A stretch of DNA of 62,669 nucleotides, counting the filler, from Globobulimina sp. (taxonomy: Eukaryota), in the NCBI GenBank assembly GCA_003354225.1. It is 44 parts of 44 records of this genome, joined end to end, with 100 filler letters (N's around TTAATTAATTAA, not from the genome) between each part and the next. Parts side by side here need not be neighbours in the genome. Positions count along the whole stretch, not along the records: positions 11,420 to 12,746 come from PIVH01018579.1; positions 12,847 to 14,173 come from PIVH01018580.1; positions 14,274 to 15,600 come from PIVH01018581.1; positions 15,701 to 17,027 come from PIVH01018582.1; positions 17,128 to 18,454 come from PIVH01018583.1; positions 18,555 to 19,881 come from PIVH01018584.1; positions 19,982 to 21,308 come from PIVH01018585.1; positions 21,409 to 22,735 come from PIVH01018586.1; 36 more parts are not named here. The stretch is one strand, 5' to 3'. How positions within the stretch are numbered: the stretch's first letter is position 1; every line of letters begins with the position of its first letter. The notes under the pieces are model-generated. The model was not told the DNA's origin and searched no databases. It was given only the letters and a program-made list of their open reading frames with translations. A program made the position numbers and the translations under genes. This document shows positions 12,253 to 24,262 of this stretch, one piece after another.

Positions 12253-12302
12253 TTAATTCTTTTGTTGGAAAGTTGAGTAGTTGGATAGGAAAAAAACTTA
12301 CC

Positions 12303-12354
12303 TTAACGATATATTCAAAAAGATAACCCAACCCCCTGGTCGATTAGTTGTATC
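12303..12354 (+). repeat. Terminal motif of dispersed repeat family (copy 1, short)
   Basis: TTAACGATATATTCAAAAAGATAACCC...CTGGTCGATTAGTTGTAT matches the ends of the copies at 25714-25901 and 32533-32724. Confidence 0.75.
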
Positions 12355-12904
12355 GGACGAACCATGCTTTGTTGTTGTTTGGAACTAAATTTTGAGCGCC
12401 CTTTGTCACAAAATGACCTATTATATATATGATCCAATATATGAACCATATTTTCACTCGGTCTCTCTATTCCGTTCACAGAACAATATGCTTTATAGAA
12501 CAAAGTACAACAATGGACTTGTATTCAATATAAACCCATAAACAATTGTGTCAGCTTATTTGTTACAAATTGGTGGTGTTGAAAAACACCTGGTAAAAAA
12601 TAAAAGAATTATATACAAAAAAAATGGTGATTTTAGTTTTTCTTTTTTCCTTTTTTTGCTGGCAATAATGCGGCATTAATATTTGGTAAGACACCGCCTG
12701 AGGCAATAATAGCATTTCCAAAGAATTGATTTAATTCATCATCATTNNNNNNNNNNNNNNNNNNNNNNNNNNNNNNNNNNNNNNNNNNNNTTAATTAATT
12801 AANNNNNNNNNNNNNNNNNNNNNNNNNNNNNNNNNNNNNNNNNNNNTAATAATGTTTGTACATTTAATTGTATAATAATATATATATATACTGCAGCTGC
12901 GTAC

Positions 12905-13283
12905 CTTTATGCACATAGCAATTGCAATTTGTTGACAATGGATATTGGATCTGTACAAATCCAATATCATCAATCCAATTGGTGATGGATAATGGATCAG
13001 TTCCAGCAAATCCTACAATAATGACTTTATGGACACTGTCATATCCAACAAACGCATGAGAATTATAATTTAGGAATCCAGTTTTTACAATTGTAATATT
13101 TACCATTCCTGGTTGTTGTTTACAAGCATTGCATGTCCAGGACGGAACACCATGACCACCATTGCCTATGCAATATGATGCTAAGGCATACTCACACATT
13201 CTGTTGGCTGTTCCAACATTATATTGTAATGAATTTACAACGCTTAATAACGATAATATCAAAACAACCAAAGCATTCATCAT
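12905..13283 (-). CDS. Secreted lipase class 3, first exon
   Basis: Signal peptide; YALASYC, WTCNAC, AFVGYD...IIVGFAGT, NWIDD, CNCYVHKG, then a GTACGC intron donor. Confidence 0.85.
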
Positions 13284-13811
13284 CTCTAGCTGGTGGTTAC
13301 AGTACACAAAGCTAGCAATTCAAAAAACTTTCTGAAGATCATGACTACTTATCATGTAAATAGTATTTCTTTATATATTTTCCTTCTTTGTTTGTAAATG
13401 AATCAATGTATCAGATTCTGAAAGGGAAGGAATCCAAAACGTATCAGACTCGATTCGTTGCTAATGTATAAGTATAAATATCGAATTATGATTCCAGCGT
13501 CAGATCTAAATATTTTTCGAACGCCATATTGTTTAATGTTTCTTTTGTTTTTCTATTCTCAAATATCTGTACATATTTCAATTTGAATGGATGTATATTA
13601 GATTTTGTGCCGTTGCGTAAAACTATTTGCAATTGAAATTAAATATATATACGATCGAAATTTACAATTTGGTGAAAACGGATAACAAAAACAAAAATGT
13701 CAGTAAGCTATATATACGATGTAGTCGGCGCAACAGACAACCTTTTAAAATAGAATACGTATAAATATAAGGTACAGAAAGCTATAAATCTGCAATTAAA
13801 TTGATTATAAT

Positions 13812-14171
13812 TCAAGTTTGAGTCAATGAGTTTTGTATGGCTCTGGCCAATTGCTGATCTTCTTGTAGATCCTGAGGTATTTGAGGCAATGTGCACGACA
13901 TTTCAAATATATCACCAACATAATATCTATTTGCGTTAATTGTATAATATCTCGGTGTTGTGAGGATTGCTTGTTTTCCAATGAATGGGCAACATTTATT
14001 TTTTTTGGTTTTTATTGCTTTGATAGCAGGCGGAGATATTCTGTCATTCGGCACTGTGATCCATTTATATTTATGCCCAAAGTGAGATGCGCCTGTATTG
14101 AAATGAACGAAGATTTTGTTATTATTCTGTCTGACAACATCGACCCGAATTATGATTCCATCATCACATAA
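13812..14171 (-). CDS. C-terminus of protein ending in a ubiquitin-interacting motif (UIM)
   Basis: Frame open from the gap (IRVDVVRQNNKIFVHF...KWITVP, Tudor/Agenet-like); ends EDQQLARAIQNSL. Confidence 0.5.
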   Translation of the reverse strand, partial: LCDDGIIIRVDVVRQNNNKIFVHFNTGASHFGHKYKWITVPNDRISPPAIKAIKTKKNKCCPFIGKQAILTTPRYYTINANRYYVGDIFEMSCTLPQIPQDLQEDQQLARAIQNSLTQT

Positions 14172-14274
14172 TTNNNNNNNNNNNNNNNNNNNNNNNNNNN
14201 NNNNNNNNNNNNNNNNNTTAATTAATTAANNNNNNNNNNNNNNNNNNNNNNNNNNNNNNNNNNNNNNNNNNNNA

Positions 14275-14925
14275 TGCGTGAAACAAAAAGTATCAAAGAA
14301 GTGGCCATCGGCGCGGATTACGTTTGGTTTTCTGAATTGTCCGTTGTGCAAAAAAGAAATGCGACATTCTCTGTTGGCTGACGTGGTTGGACCACATTAT
14401 AAGTTAAGAGCAGAAGTACAGAAAGAAGCTATTGAAAGGGTTAAAATCGAAGGTTTGGGAAATGATGAAAGATTAAGTGATGCGCATAGTGCATATTACA
14501 ATAACTTAGCAAAATATGCGTTGGATCGACTCGCTTTTTATCCGTGTTCCAAGTGCAAAAAAGCATATTTTGGCGGTATGAAACGTTGCGAAGAAGCAGG
14601 CAGTGAACAGGAAGAGAAATACAATGGAAATGATTTGATTTGTGGTGCGTGTTCGAGTGGGAGTAAAAAAGAAATTTGCTCCACTCACGGAACTAATTAC
14701 ATATCCTATAAATGTAAGTATTGTTGCAATTTGGCGGTCTGGTTTTGTTGGGGAACTACACATTTTTGCGATCCATGCCATAGTGCAGCTGGGCAGAAAT
14801 TCCATGCTAAAATTGAGACATTACCACTATGCAAAGGAAAAGATACCTGTCCATTGGGTATAAAACATGCACCGAATGGCACTGCCGAAGTTTGTTTGGG
14901 ATGTGTTGTGTGTTTAAGAAAGTGA
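14275..14925 (+). CDS. MYCBP2/Highwire/RPM-1-type E3 ligase C-terminus (RING end + tandem-cysteine domain)
   Basis: RITFGFLNCPLCK, FYPCSKCKKAYFGGMKRC, LICGAC, YKCKYCCNLAVWFCWGTTHFCDPCH, CPLGIKHAPNG. Confidence 0.9.
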   Translation, partial: CVKQKVSKKWPSARITFGFLNCPLCKKEMRHSLLADVVGPHYKLRAEVQKEAIERVKIEGLGNDERLSDAHSAYYNNLAKYALDRLAFYPCSKCKKAYFGGMKRCEEAGSEQEEKYNGNDLICGACSSGSKKEICSTHGTNYISYKCKYCCNLAVWFCWGTTHFCDPCHSAAGQKFHAKIETLPLCKGKDTCPLGIKHAPNGTAEVCLGCVVCLRK

Positions 14926-15051
14926 GATAATTATTGTAGAATTCAACATTTTACTGCTTTCCGAAAATCCGATACCATGCTAAAAAAACTCTTCTAAACT
15001 TCACCATCCCTCCGCCTCCTCTTTGGCTATCCACATCATTCAAAATCAACT

Positions 15052-15600
15052 ATGCCACGCGAAATAATAACGCTTCAAGTTGGACAATGCGGAAATCAAA
15101 GTTAAAAAACAACAAATGCAAATTCAAAATTCCGTTTACATAAATAAAATATGTGACAGTTGGCACTCAATTCTGGAGTCGTTTGATCGAGGAACACGGA
15201 ATCGGTCCGGATGGAATAGTGCAAGACTTTGCATTGAACAACGAAACTGATTTCAAAAACAACATATTAGATCGCAAAGACGTCTTTTTTTATCAAGCAG
15301 ACGATCAGCATTATATACCTCGTGCATTGCTGATCGATTTGGAGCCGCGAGTCATTAACACATTGCGGGAGTCTTCGTTTAAGAACCTGTGGAATCCGGA
15401 GAACATTTACGTGGATCCGTCGGGTGGCGGTGCCGGCAATAATTGGGCTCAGGGCTACACGATGGCGACTACCAAATATGAGGAGATTATGGATATGATC
15501 GACCGCGAAGCAGATAACTCGGACTCTTTGGAAGGCTTTGTGTTGACGCACAGCATTGCGGGCGGCACGGGCTCTGGCTTTGGCTCTTATATTTTGGAAC
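15052..15600 (+). CDS. TUBG1: Gamma-tubulin, 3' truncated; exon 1 15052-15100, intron 15101-15159
   Basis: [66 protein letters not shown]. Confidence 0.97.
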
Positions 15601-16304
15601 NNNNNNNNNNNNNNNNNNNNNNNNNNNNNNNNNNNNNNNNNNNNTTAATTAATTAANNNNNNNNNNNNNNNNNNNNNNNNNNNNNNNNNNNNNNNNNNNN
15701 TTTAAATGCATTGAATTTGTATGCAGTGCGTTCAATAAATGTTGAATAATATCAATAGACATTGCGGAATTAAATATTTCTTGTTGTAATGTATGAGAAT
15801 TATTTAATATTTTTAGGTTTTTATCCAATAAACTATTAAAATAATTATATGACAATAAATGGCTTTGATGTTTGTGTTTTAATATTATTTTATTTGTGTA
15901 CAATATTACGTTTAGAACATCGTTATTATTATTTATGGTTTCGGGTTCATTCGATTTTAATTCGTTAAACTGTTTTTAATTTGTTATATGATTATTTTTT
16001 ATAATTAAAATACAAAAACATACTCACAAATGATTGATTGGATAATAATTTACTATTATTCGCACATTTTCCTATCATGCGGACAAATGATTGCGATTTA
16101 GTATCAAATGTATGTGAACATCTACGAATGGTTTTATATTGTAATACATTTATTTTATTTAATGGAAAACAAATTCGTTTAATGAGTTGTGTTGCAGAAC
16201 AAGCAGCCATGATATTGACAGTGGAAGTTTTCAGTGACATTTTTATCACACTCCAATCCCTGACTAATAAATCAAAGCAAACGTAACCATCAATACAATC
16301 AACA

Positions 16305-16916
16305 ATGATGAAACTCATATATTTATTATTTACAGTTTATGAGTTATCATACGGCCAAGTAACAATCCCCACAAATATCCCAGTTTATCCTGTTCCAAAT
16401 GTACAAATACCAAACCCACACATTCCCCCGCCGGCAGTAACAGTGCCTCGACTCATTGAACTGCCGCCATTATCGCACGCACAAACTATAATGGAATTAA
16501 ACTGTGATATTCCATATCCAGACCTTGGTACATGTGCATTATTGGAGCATACCATAACAAATCCGGGGGAACGATTTAAATTAAACTGCGCTTCATTTGG
16601 TTCCTGCGCGGGTTCCAATATCACGTTGGATTATTTAGCTGGGAGTTACGTGGAGAAAATTGAAGGTTTTTGGTTTACTGAAATGAACTCTGCGTATAAA
16701 GCAATAATAACTGTCAACAATGAACAGACTAACCGTGGAATTAAAATAGAACGTATCGAGTGTTCGGGTGTTTTGTCGTGTCGTTATACCACGTTTGTAT
16801 TTTCAGGACTTGTGGATGTGGCTGATTTTAAATGCGCCAAAGAGGAACATTGCAGGGGATGCCAAGTTAAAAAATCAGTTTCTGATTTTGTTGGAATTCC
16901 ATGCGCTTATTATTAA
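16305..16916 (+). CDS. Secreted Pro-rich/Cys-rich protein of unknown function
   Basis: Complete 203-aa ORF; signal peptide, Pro-rich linker, repeated CxxxxSC units. Confidence 0.65.
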   Translation: MMKLIYLLFTVYELSYGQVTIPTNIPVYPVPNVQIPNPHIPPPAVTVPRLIELPPLSHAQTIMELNCDIPYPDLGTCALLEHTITNPGERFKLNCASFGSCAGSNITLDYLAGSYVEKIEGFWFTEMNSAYKAIITVNNEQTNRGIKIERIECSGVLSCRYTTFVFSGLVDVADFKCAKEEHCRGCQVKKSVSDFVGIPCAYY

Positions 16917-17127
16917 ATATTATTTTTTTATTTTTTTATTATATAATACTGATTTATATCACTTTTTTTTTCATAGCTATTTTTTTTTCGTTTTTTTTTT
17001 TTTTTTTTTTTTTATTTTGATAATGTANNNNNNNNNNNNNNNNNNNNNNNNNNNNNNNNNNNNNNNNNNNNTTAATTAATTAANNNNNNNNNNNNNNNNN
17101 NNNNNNNNNNNNNNNNNNNNNNNNNNN

Positions 17128-18074
17128 CTAAACTATCGAATTAAGGAGTTTTCCACCAAAACCATGCAGGAAGACGACGACACCAAATTGAAATTGAAGC
17201 AGTACAATGTCCAAATTATCACCATTGAGGAGAATAAAAAATTGATCCAGCAGTTACGCCAAAAAATAGGTGAATATAAAACAAAATGGCAGTTAGAACA
17301 AGAAGCGCTGGACAGACACAAAAAGGCCACCAAACAGTTGGAAGAGGATGTGGACGAAAACGAGAAATTAATCAAGAAACAGAAGAAGAAAATTAAATCC
17401 TTACAAAATGAACTGGATACCTCGGGATATGGTGATAGCAAACAAAAGTCCACATTGTCGTTATTGAGGTATACAATTCCACACTTTTTGATTGGTTGAT
17501 GCATTTTTTTTGTGTGCAAAGGAAAAATGTGAGGGAATTAGAGTCGATTTTGGGCACTAAAAATTTCGAAATTCGAAAGTTAAAAAACAATTTGAAAGCC
17601 AGTGGACAAATGACGGCCAATATCAGTGACACATCGGCGGAGTTGAAGCAATTAAGAAAATCAAACGATTCCTTGCAGCAGAAATATGATAAGTTGTCGA
17701 GTAAAAGCAAGAAATATAAGGAGGAGTTGCAGGGAAACAAAGAGTTGCTCAATGTGAAAAATAATGAATTGACGCAGTTAAACATTGAGGTGTCGGAATT
17801 GAAGGAGGTGCAGCAAAGAATGGAGAGGGAGGAGAAAGAGAATGAGTCCTTAAATAAACAGGTTTCGGTGATTAAGAACGAGACGAATCAGCAAGTCGAG
17901 AAATTGACGGATAAGATACAGGAATTAAGCGATGAATTAAACAAAGTTAGAATTGAGAAACAAAGAAAAATCGATAGTTTGGAGGCTGAATTGGCTGATA
18001 AAGACTCTGTATTATTACAAATAGGAAAACAAGTTGGCACTGAATTTCATAATTCAGTCGAGATTGAACAATAA
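17128..18074 (+). CDS. Long coiled-coil protein C-terminus; intron 17469-17521
   Basis: Two K/E/L heptad ORFs joined in frame by GTATAC...CAAAG. Confidence 0.7.
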
Positions 18075-18554
18075 ATTTATTTTCTCTTTTGTGTTGGAAT
18101 ATTTTTTCGCGTTTTTTTTTTTTTTTTTTTTTTGTGTCATCTGATTTCTAAGTGTGTTTTTGTTTTGTTTTGTTTGTTTTTTATTTTATAGATAGATGAC
18201 TACTATGGATGACTCTGACTAACTCACATCATAGCCGTCAAATTTTTTGTTTGTTCTATTTGTATATGCTCGCACATAAAGGTGATCTTCTAACAAATAA
18301 AATGGTGCATTTGAAAAACCAGACACAGACACAAACAAATGGCAACTTCCATAAACACAATACACCAATCCTGACTTTTTATTGTATACCGAGTCCAAAG
18401 AAGAGGCTGCAAAATATGGATCAATCCGTGTAAATATGCATGAATTTAAGTTAANNNNNNNNNNNNNNNNNNNNNNNNNNNNNNNNNNNNNNNNNNNNTT
18501 AATTAATTAANNNNNNNNNNNNNNNNNNNNNNNNNNNNNNNNNNNNNNNNNNNN

Positions 18555-19600
18555 GTAAACGTAGATGCTTGAATTGCAACGATTATCATTTTATATGGAA
18601 AAAACTCTTTCGGAATGGTAGATTGCCAGACATTCTCCGCCATGTCGTCCACAACAATCATGGTATGATATGTATTTAAAATATATCCGTTATTTCCGAT
18701 GACTCGCATCAATATTTGCAATGATTTATAATCAATATCTAATCGGATATCGTCAAAGTGTGACACAACATATTTGAATTCGAATCTATGTCGAACTCGT
18801 CTTTCTTTGTCGGCAATTAACGCCAATGCATATATATAATTATAATACATTTCAATGGTAATCGCGTGACAAATAACCATTCGATAAGTTGCTGCTGAAT
18901 ATATCATTAAATCGTACATTAAATATGTTTCATTTTGGATTTGTGTGAAATGGATAAATTTCATTAAATTTGGTCTAAATAATCCAACACCGATATTTTG
19001 AATACTGCGGCTTTGCATTGCCGGGAATTTGTTGGCACTCCGATGACTCCGTCGTTCATTTTGATTAAAATTAAAGACCAAATCCATTTCATTGTGCTTT
19101 TTATAATCATCTGTACGCATTTCATGCAAACTTTGCTTTATGCTTCGTTGATCCATCAATGTTTCATCCAAATCCAATATGATTAACTGTTTTTTGTTAA
19201 ATGCGTGTTTTTGCGGAAATGTTTTTGATCCGTGGATATTTTGTGGTTTATGCCATACAGCTTTTTGATGCTGTATATGTTGATGAAATAATACAACATA
19301 TCTTTGCTGACAATTTAATATCAAAGATTCTTCTGTGAATGTATTGTTATCAATTGATAATATACTAATAATATCTGTGCATTCGGATCTATATTCCATA
19401 TGCATTAATGTGTTTGGTGTTTCATTGACAATTTCAACTGCTGTTTTATTGCTAATTGCAGCAACAACTATTGATTGTGTTTGCATTGATTCATCACTTT
19501 CTAAACAGTTACTACCAAAGCAACATTTGCTACCAATGCATATGCCTTCTGTAATTACGTGCAATAAAGTTGCAATTGCAAAACAGTGTAAAACATTCAT
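18555..19600 (-). CDS. NIF/FCP1-like HAD phosphatase with predicted signal peptide, 3' truncated
   Basis: LIILDLDETLM (DxDxT), FRPNLMKFI, LMIYSAA, MIVVDD; hydrophobic N-terminus. Confidence 0.7.
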
Positions 19601-19708
19601 GGAATTTGTGTAGAGCTTGAACCACTTAAAAACTTTGAAGCTCCTAATCTATACGTTTGTCATCGGGAAACAACTCCTAAACAATCATTTAATCGTACAA
19701 TCACTACA

Positions 19709-19881
19709 ATGTGGAATCCCGCAGCACAACAAAACATTGGGCATCAACAACCTCAACCCCCACCACCAATTCATCAGCATCCTCCACAACATCATTTCAA
19801 TAACAATAATAACAATGCACCAAACAATAATAACAATCCTAGCAATACTGTCTCATCCTTGCACTCCCAGCAACAGCAACA
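19709..19881 (+). CDS. 5' end of Q/P/N-rich protein, divergent from the NIF phosphatase
   Basis: MWNPAAQQ...PPPP...NNNNN running into the gap. Confidence 0.45.
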
Positions 19882-19983
19882 NNNNNNNNNNNNNNNNNNN
19901 NNNNNNNNNNNNNNNNNNNNNNNNNTTAATTAATTAANNNNNNNNNNNNNNNNNNNNNNNNNNNNNNNNNNNNNNNNNNNNAT

Positions 19984-20781
19984 ACATTACAGGACTATGT
20001 ATTCACAGAAACACCAACAAGAACACCAACAACACCCACCATTGGACCAACAGCACCAACTCAGCCACCTACAAACCCACCAACACGTATCCCAACAACA
20101 CGTATCCCGACCATACCAACCAAAACTCCCACAAACATCCCCACAAAAGTACCAACCAAAAACCCGACACATATTCCTACACTATATCCAACATTTGCTC
20201 CCACCACAAATCCAACATTGTTACCAACTCTTTCACCAACATCCATGCCAACAATGGAACCAGTATTTGTAACCAGCAATGCTGTAACAGACAAAGTAAA
20301 TAACATAACATTTATTCTTGCGGTACTAGGTTTTATAGTATTAGGTATGTTCGCAGTTGCGATTTGTTTTTCAAGTTTTGTGTTCTGGAGAAAGTATCAA
20401 CGCTATAAGTCCGATGAAATAGTACATATTAGTGTTGCAAGCAACCGATTGGAAACCAATGAGAACTGTGTTGAGATTGTGGCTGTTTCGGATGATATTC
20501 AATCAGAAATAGTAATGATATCAAATGATAATACATGTGATGGATATGCTGGGATGGCAGACAAAGAAAAACCTGTACAGTTAATGGAAATCGATGTCAT
20601 TGAAGAAAAAAACAGAGAAGAAAGAAATAGTGATGAGATGCAAGAGGAAGGTGATAATATCGAAGATATGTTTGTTGATATCGATGATGAAGGTGAACGG
20701 AATGAATTTAATGTTAATAATAATCGAAGCAACACAAGAACTGGCGGTGGAAGTACAACAACTGGAGGGGCAATGATGTAA
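19984..20781 (+). CDS. Single-pass membrane protein with P/T mucin-like stalk, 5' truncated
   Basis: PTxx repeats, TM ILAVLGFIVLGMFAVAICF followed by WRKYQR, acidic tail. Confidence 0.7.
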   Translation, partial: TLQDYVFTETPTRTPTTPTIGPTAPTQPPTNPPTRIPTTRIPTIPTKTPTNIPTKVPTKNPTHIPTLYPTFAPTTNPTLLPTLSPTSMPTMEPVFVTSNAVTDKVNNITFILAVLGFIVLGMFAVAICFSSFVFWRKYQRYKSDEIVHISVASNRLETNENCVEIVAVSDDIQSEIVMISNDNTCDGYAGMADKEKPVQLMEIDVIEEKNREERNSDEMQEEGDNIEDMFVDIDDEGERNEFNVNNNRSNTRTGGGSTTTGGAMM

Positions 20782-21563
20782 ATGTGAATAATCAAAATAA
20801 AAATGTGAATAATTTTCTGTAAATACTAAATGAATTGTCAGAGAAAAAACAAACGTATATACATATTATTTATACCAAAAAGTGTATTTATAGTAATTAT
20901 TTTATTGTATGTTGTTTTCCGTGTTTTTTCTTAATTGCGCAATATAAAGTGAGTATCAGGTTATTGTAATTTATTGCAATTTAGACCTAAATTGTGGGCT
21001 TTATCGTAACAAATATAATATAGAATGTTCCCTTTAATATTAGAGTTTTTTTTGTATCCATGTTTATGTTCTTCAGTCACTCACCGTCATGGTTCTGAAA
21101 ACGACAACGTGGTTATTTTTGTTTACACAAATTCTATCAGGTATGATATCGTTAAATCATATCCTATTCGCCTGATGAGAGAAATATAAAATCTTACACA
21201 GTATACTCACAACTATCTGATTCAACATTTTCATGTGATCCATTGGCAGCTTCAGATCCACCAAACGGGTTTGTATTCATATATTTGTTTTTTACTAATT
21301 TAACATCANNNNNNNNNNNNNNNNNNNNNNNNNNNNNNNNNNNNNNNNNNNNTTAATTAATTAANNNNNNNNNNNNNNNNNNNNNNNNNNNNNNNNNNNN
21401 NNNNNNNNATAAATATTGTTTTTGATTTTTTTTATCAACTTATTTATTTTTTTCTCTGTACAGTCTGTGCTGGTTTTGTACAAATGATTTGAAGGCTGCA
21501 TCAAGCGTTGCAACCTTTGACCATAATTCTTAACTTTGCAACTAAAAAAAGTTCAGTCGCGTC

Positions 21564-22130
21564 ATGGCAAATTCAAACTTTAAATGGAAAATGTTAGGAG
21601 CCTTTGGAGTTGGTGCATTTTGTGGTTTTGGTTGTGCCATTATTTTAAAACGAGGTAAAAGTGCTATAAGCATAGTGGATCATGTCGTGATTCGAACGCG
21701 AGACAAAACACAAGAATGTAAGAAATTTTATCGCTTGCTTGGATTTGAAATTGAAAGAGAAAAAGAATCCATACAATGGGAGATGACTGGAACAGGTTCA
21801 GTCACATTCCCGATGGTTCGCATTAATGACAAACAAGTTATTGATTTGTTTAGTGATGCCACTAAAAACGTATGGTGTGAGAAAACCAACGGTAATATGG
21901 ATCACATTTGTTTGACAATATCAGCAAATAAACATTTGCAATGTTTAAAGAGTTTAAAGGATAATAATATTTGCTGTGAAAGGCAATTTAAAGCATTTGG
22001 AGCTCAGGGCTATGGCTGGTCGACGTATTTTTATGATCCAAGTGGACTATATGTTGAGTTGAGGAATTATGAAAGAAACAGATGGCCAGAGATCGAAAAC
22101 TTTGCAACTGCGATGATTAAACCTAAGTAA
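21564..22130 (+). CDS. VOC/glyoxalase family protein with N-terminal hydrophobic segment
   Basis: VDHVVIRTRD...FYRLLGF, DHICL, GAQGYGWSTYFYDPSGLYVEL; complete intronless ORF. Confidence 0.85.
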   Translation: MANSNFKWKMLGAFGVGAFCGFGCAIILKRGKSAISIVDHVVIRTRDKTQECKKFYRLLGFEIEREKESIQWEMTGTGSVTFPMVRINDKQVIDLFSDATKNVWCEKTNGNMDHICLTISANKHLQCLKSLKDNNICCERQFKAFGAQGYGWSTYFYDPSGLYVELRNYERNRWPEIENFATAMIKPK

Positions 22131-22386
22131 AAAGAAATTCTTGTAATCATATAATATTTTGTAAAATCATGCAAGTATTTAAATCTGACATTTGATCGAA
22201 CCTGGTCATTGTCAGCTATTGCAACTTGTAAAAGTACTTTACCACGTAACTCCATACTTGCTTTTGAAAACCGTATATACCGCGTATCACTATTCCAAGC
22301 ATATATTGGCAACTGCTTTGGGGAGGGTGATAAGAATTTTAAAAAGCACCAGTGTAAAACATAAATATAAAAAGTACATAACAATG

Positions 22387-22490
22387 TATTGGTGATTTTA
22401 TATTGGTGATTTTTGCAATTTTATATTGGTGATTTTATATTGCAGATTTTCAAGATTTTATTGGGAATTTTCAATAGTTATATTGGCAAT
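22387..22490. repeat. Degenerate tandem repeat (TATTGGTGATTTT)n
   Basis: Three near-exact copies plus decayed ones. Confidence 0.7.
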
Positions 22491-22835
22491 TCAAGAGTTA
22501 TTGCCGATTTTTTGAAAAAATGTAAATAAAATTATAAATAAAAAAAAAATACAATTCGTTTAGAGCGTGCGTGCGTGTTATTGTGGTGGAATATTTTGCT
22601 GAGGCGGATGGCGTTGATGAGGCGGATGGCTTTGATGAGGTTGATGGCGTGGATGAGGTCGATGAGTCGGATGGCGTTGATGATGTTGATGGCGTGGATG
22701 GTACCCCCGTCATGAGCACGGTAACGATAGGCGTTNNNNNNNNNNNNNNNNNNNNNNNNNNNNNNNNNNNNNNNNNNNNTTAATTAATTAANNNNNNNNN
22801 NNNNNNNNNNNNNNNNNNNNNNNNNNNNNNNNNNN

Positions 22836-23702
22836 TAATGTTATTTGTCTGCAGATAAGAGCTCAGTGAGAAGCAGTGGCAAATCAAAGAGGAGTGGTCG
22901 TGATACGCAGTAGGAAGGATCGAAGGGGTTGAAATATTTCAAATTGTTAGCATTTATTTGTGTGTCGTTATGGATTTTGCGCATTTTATTAGAAATTACG
23001 TCTATGTTAATATGGTACATTGATACTGAGTTTGCGACAGCAATTGCAAGGCCATGGGATGCATTTCGAATGTTGGTGTATATCATACCAAAGACTTTGA
23101 TGTATCTGACATTTATTTTGCGAATTTATTTTTGTTTTAAAGATTGTGCTTATGCGTATTCGAAGAAATTCATCATTGGGTTGGTTGTGGTGTTGTTAAT
23201 GGATGTTATCGTAAGAATTACTGTTCATATAATGGTAATTTATACGTTTTCAGGAGATATAATTGATAGAAATGGGAGTGATTATAGGAACGGAATGTTT
23301 TATGGATTGATGTTTTTAATTGTTGAAGAGATTATATTTACATTGGTTTTGGTGATTGCATTTGTGAAGCCATTCTTTGTTATTTCAAATAGTTTGTTAA
23401 CAGAGAAAATCGTAGATTTGATGAGTAAATATGTAGTGTTGGGGTATTGGTGCATCATTTCATCATTTACGATATCAATATTTGGAATATTTTATATCAG
23501 TACAAATGACTTATTTATTATATGGACCAGAACCTTGTTGTTGTCATTGGATTGCGTGATAAATTCGTGGTGTACGATGCTTGTGTTCCAGAATGCAGTG
23601 TTTTGGTATAACAAAATATGTCCATTATGCCACAAATGTATTAAACTTATGTATATCACAAAATTTAAATCACAGGGAATTGAATTAACAAAATACGGTT
23701 AA
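22836..23702 (+). CDS. Multi-pass (7TM/GPCR-like) membrane protein, probably 5' truncated
   Basis: About six hydrophobic helices; FILRIYFCFKD, LDCVINSWC and ICPLCH pattern. Confidence 0.6.
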
Positions 23703-23878
23703 TTTGCATACATATTTATTATCGGCTTGTATAGTTTTGTTTTAGTTGTAGCAACGTGTGTTTTTGTCATAATTGTTAAGACATCATAGCGTCAAAATAA
23801 ATCTTTGATTTTTTGCGCTAAATTGCCGCTAAATCGGAATTAGTTTACACAGTGAATAAAAAAAACAGTAAAGTGATA

Positions 23879-24162
23879 ATGTCAAGTAAGATAACTTTAA
23901 CAGAGTTGGTTGAATCTTTTATTGGTAATTCAAATAAATTGGAGCGACAGTCATTGATATCAGATATTGTAAAAAGTATAAATACAACCTCGACAATATT
24001 ACCTTTAATTGTTGTGTTGGCCAAATCATTAACATCCTCCTCCTCATCCACATCCAATCTACAACGGCAAGATTCCATACTAATCATTTATGAGACATTA
24101 AAAAATTGCAATAATTTACAACTAAAAATATCTGAATTACAAACAATTTTAACCTTTTTATT
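23879..24162 (+). CDS. Possible MMS19 N-terminal HEAT domain, 3' truncated
   Basis: ILPLIVVLAKSLTS...QRQDSILIIYETL...ELQTILTFL resembles the MMS19 N-terminal pattern (by-eye match). Confidence 0.45.
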
Positions 24163-24262
24163 NNNNNNNNNNNNNNNNNNNNNNNNNNNNNNNNNNNNNN
24201 NNNNNNTTAATTAATTAANNNNNNNNNNNNNNNNNNNNNNNNNNNNNNNNNNNNNNNNNNNN

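Noticed and set aside
22571-22735. DGVDE-repeat ORF on the plus strand
   Set aside because: The minus strand gives an equally open S/T/P frame; strand cannot be decided from this fragment
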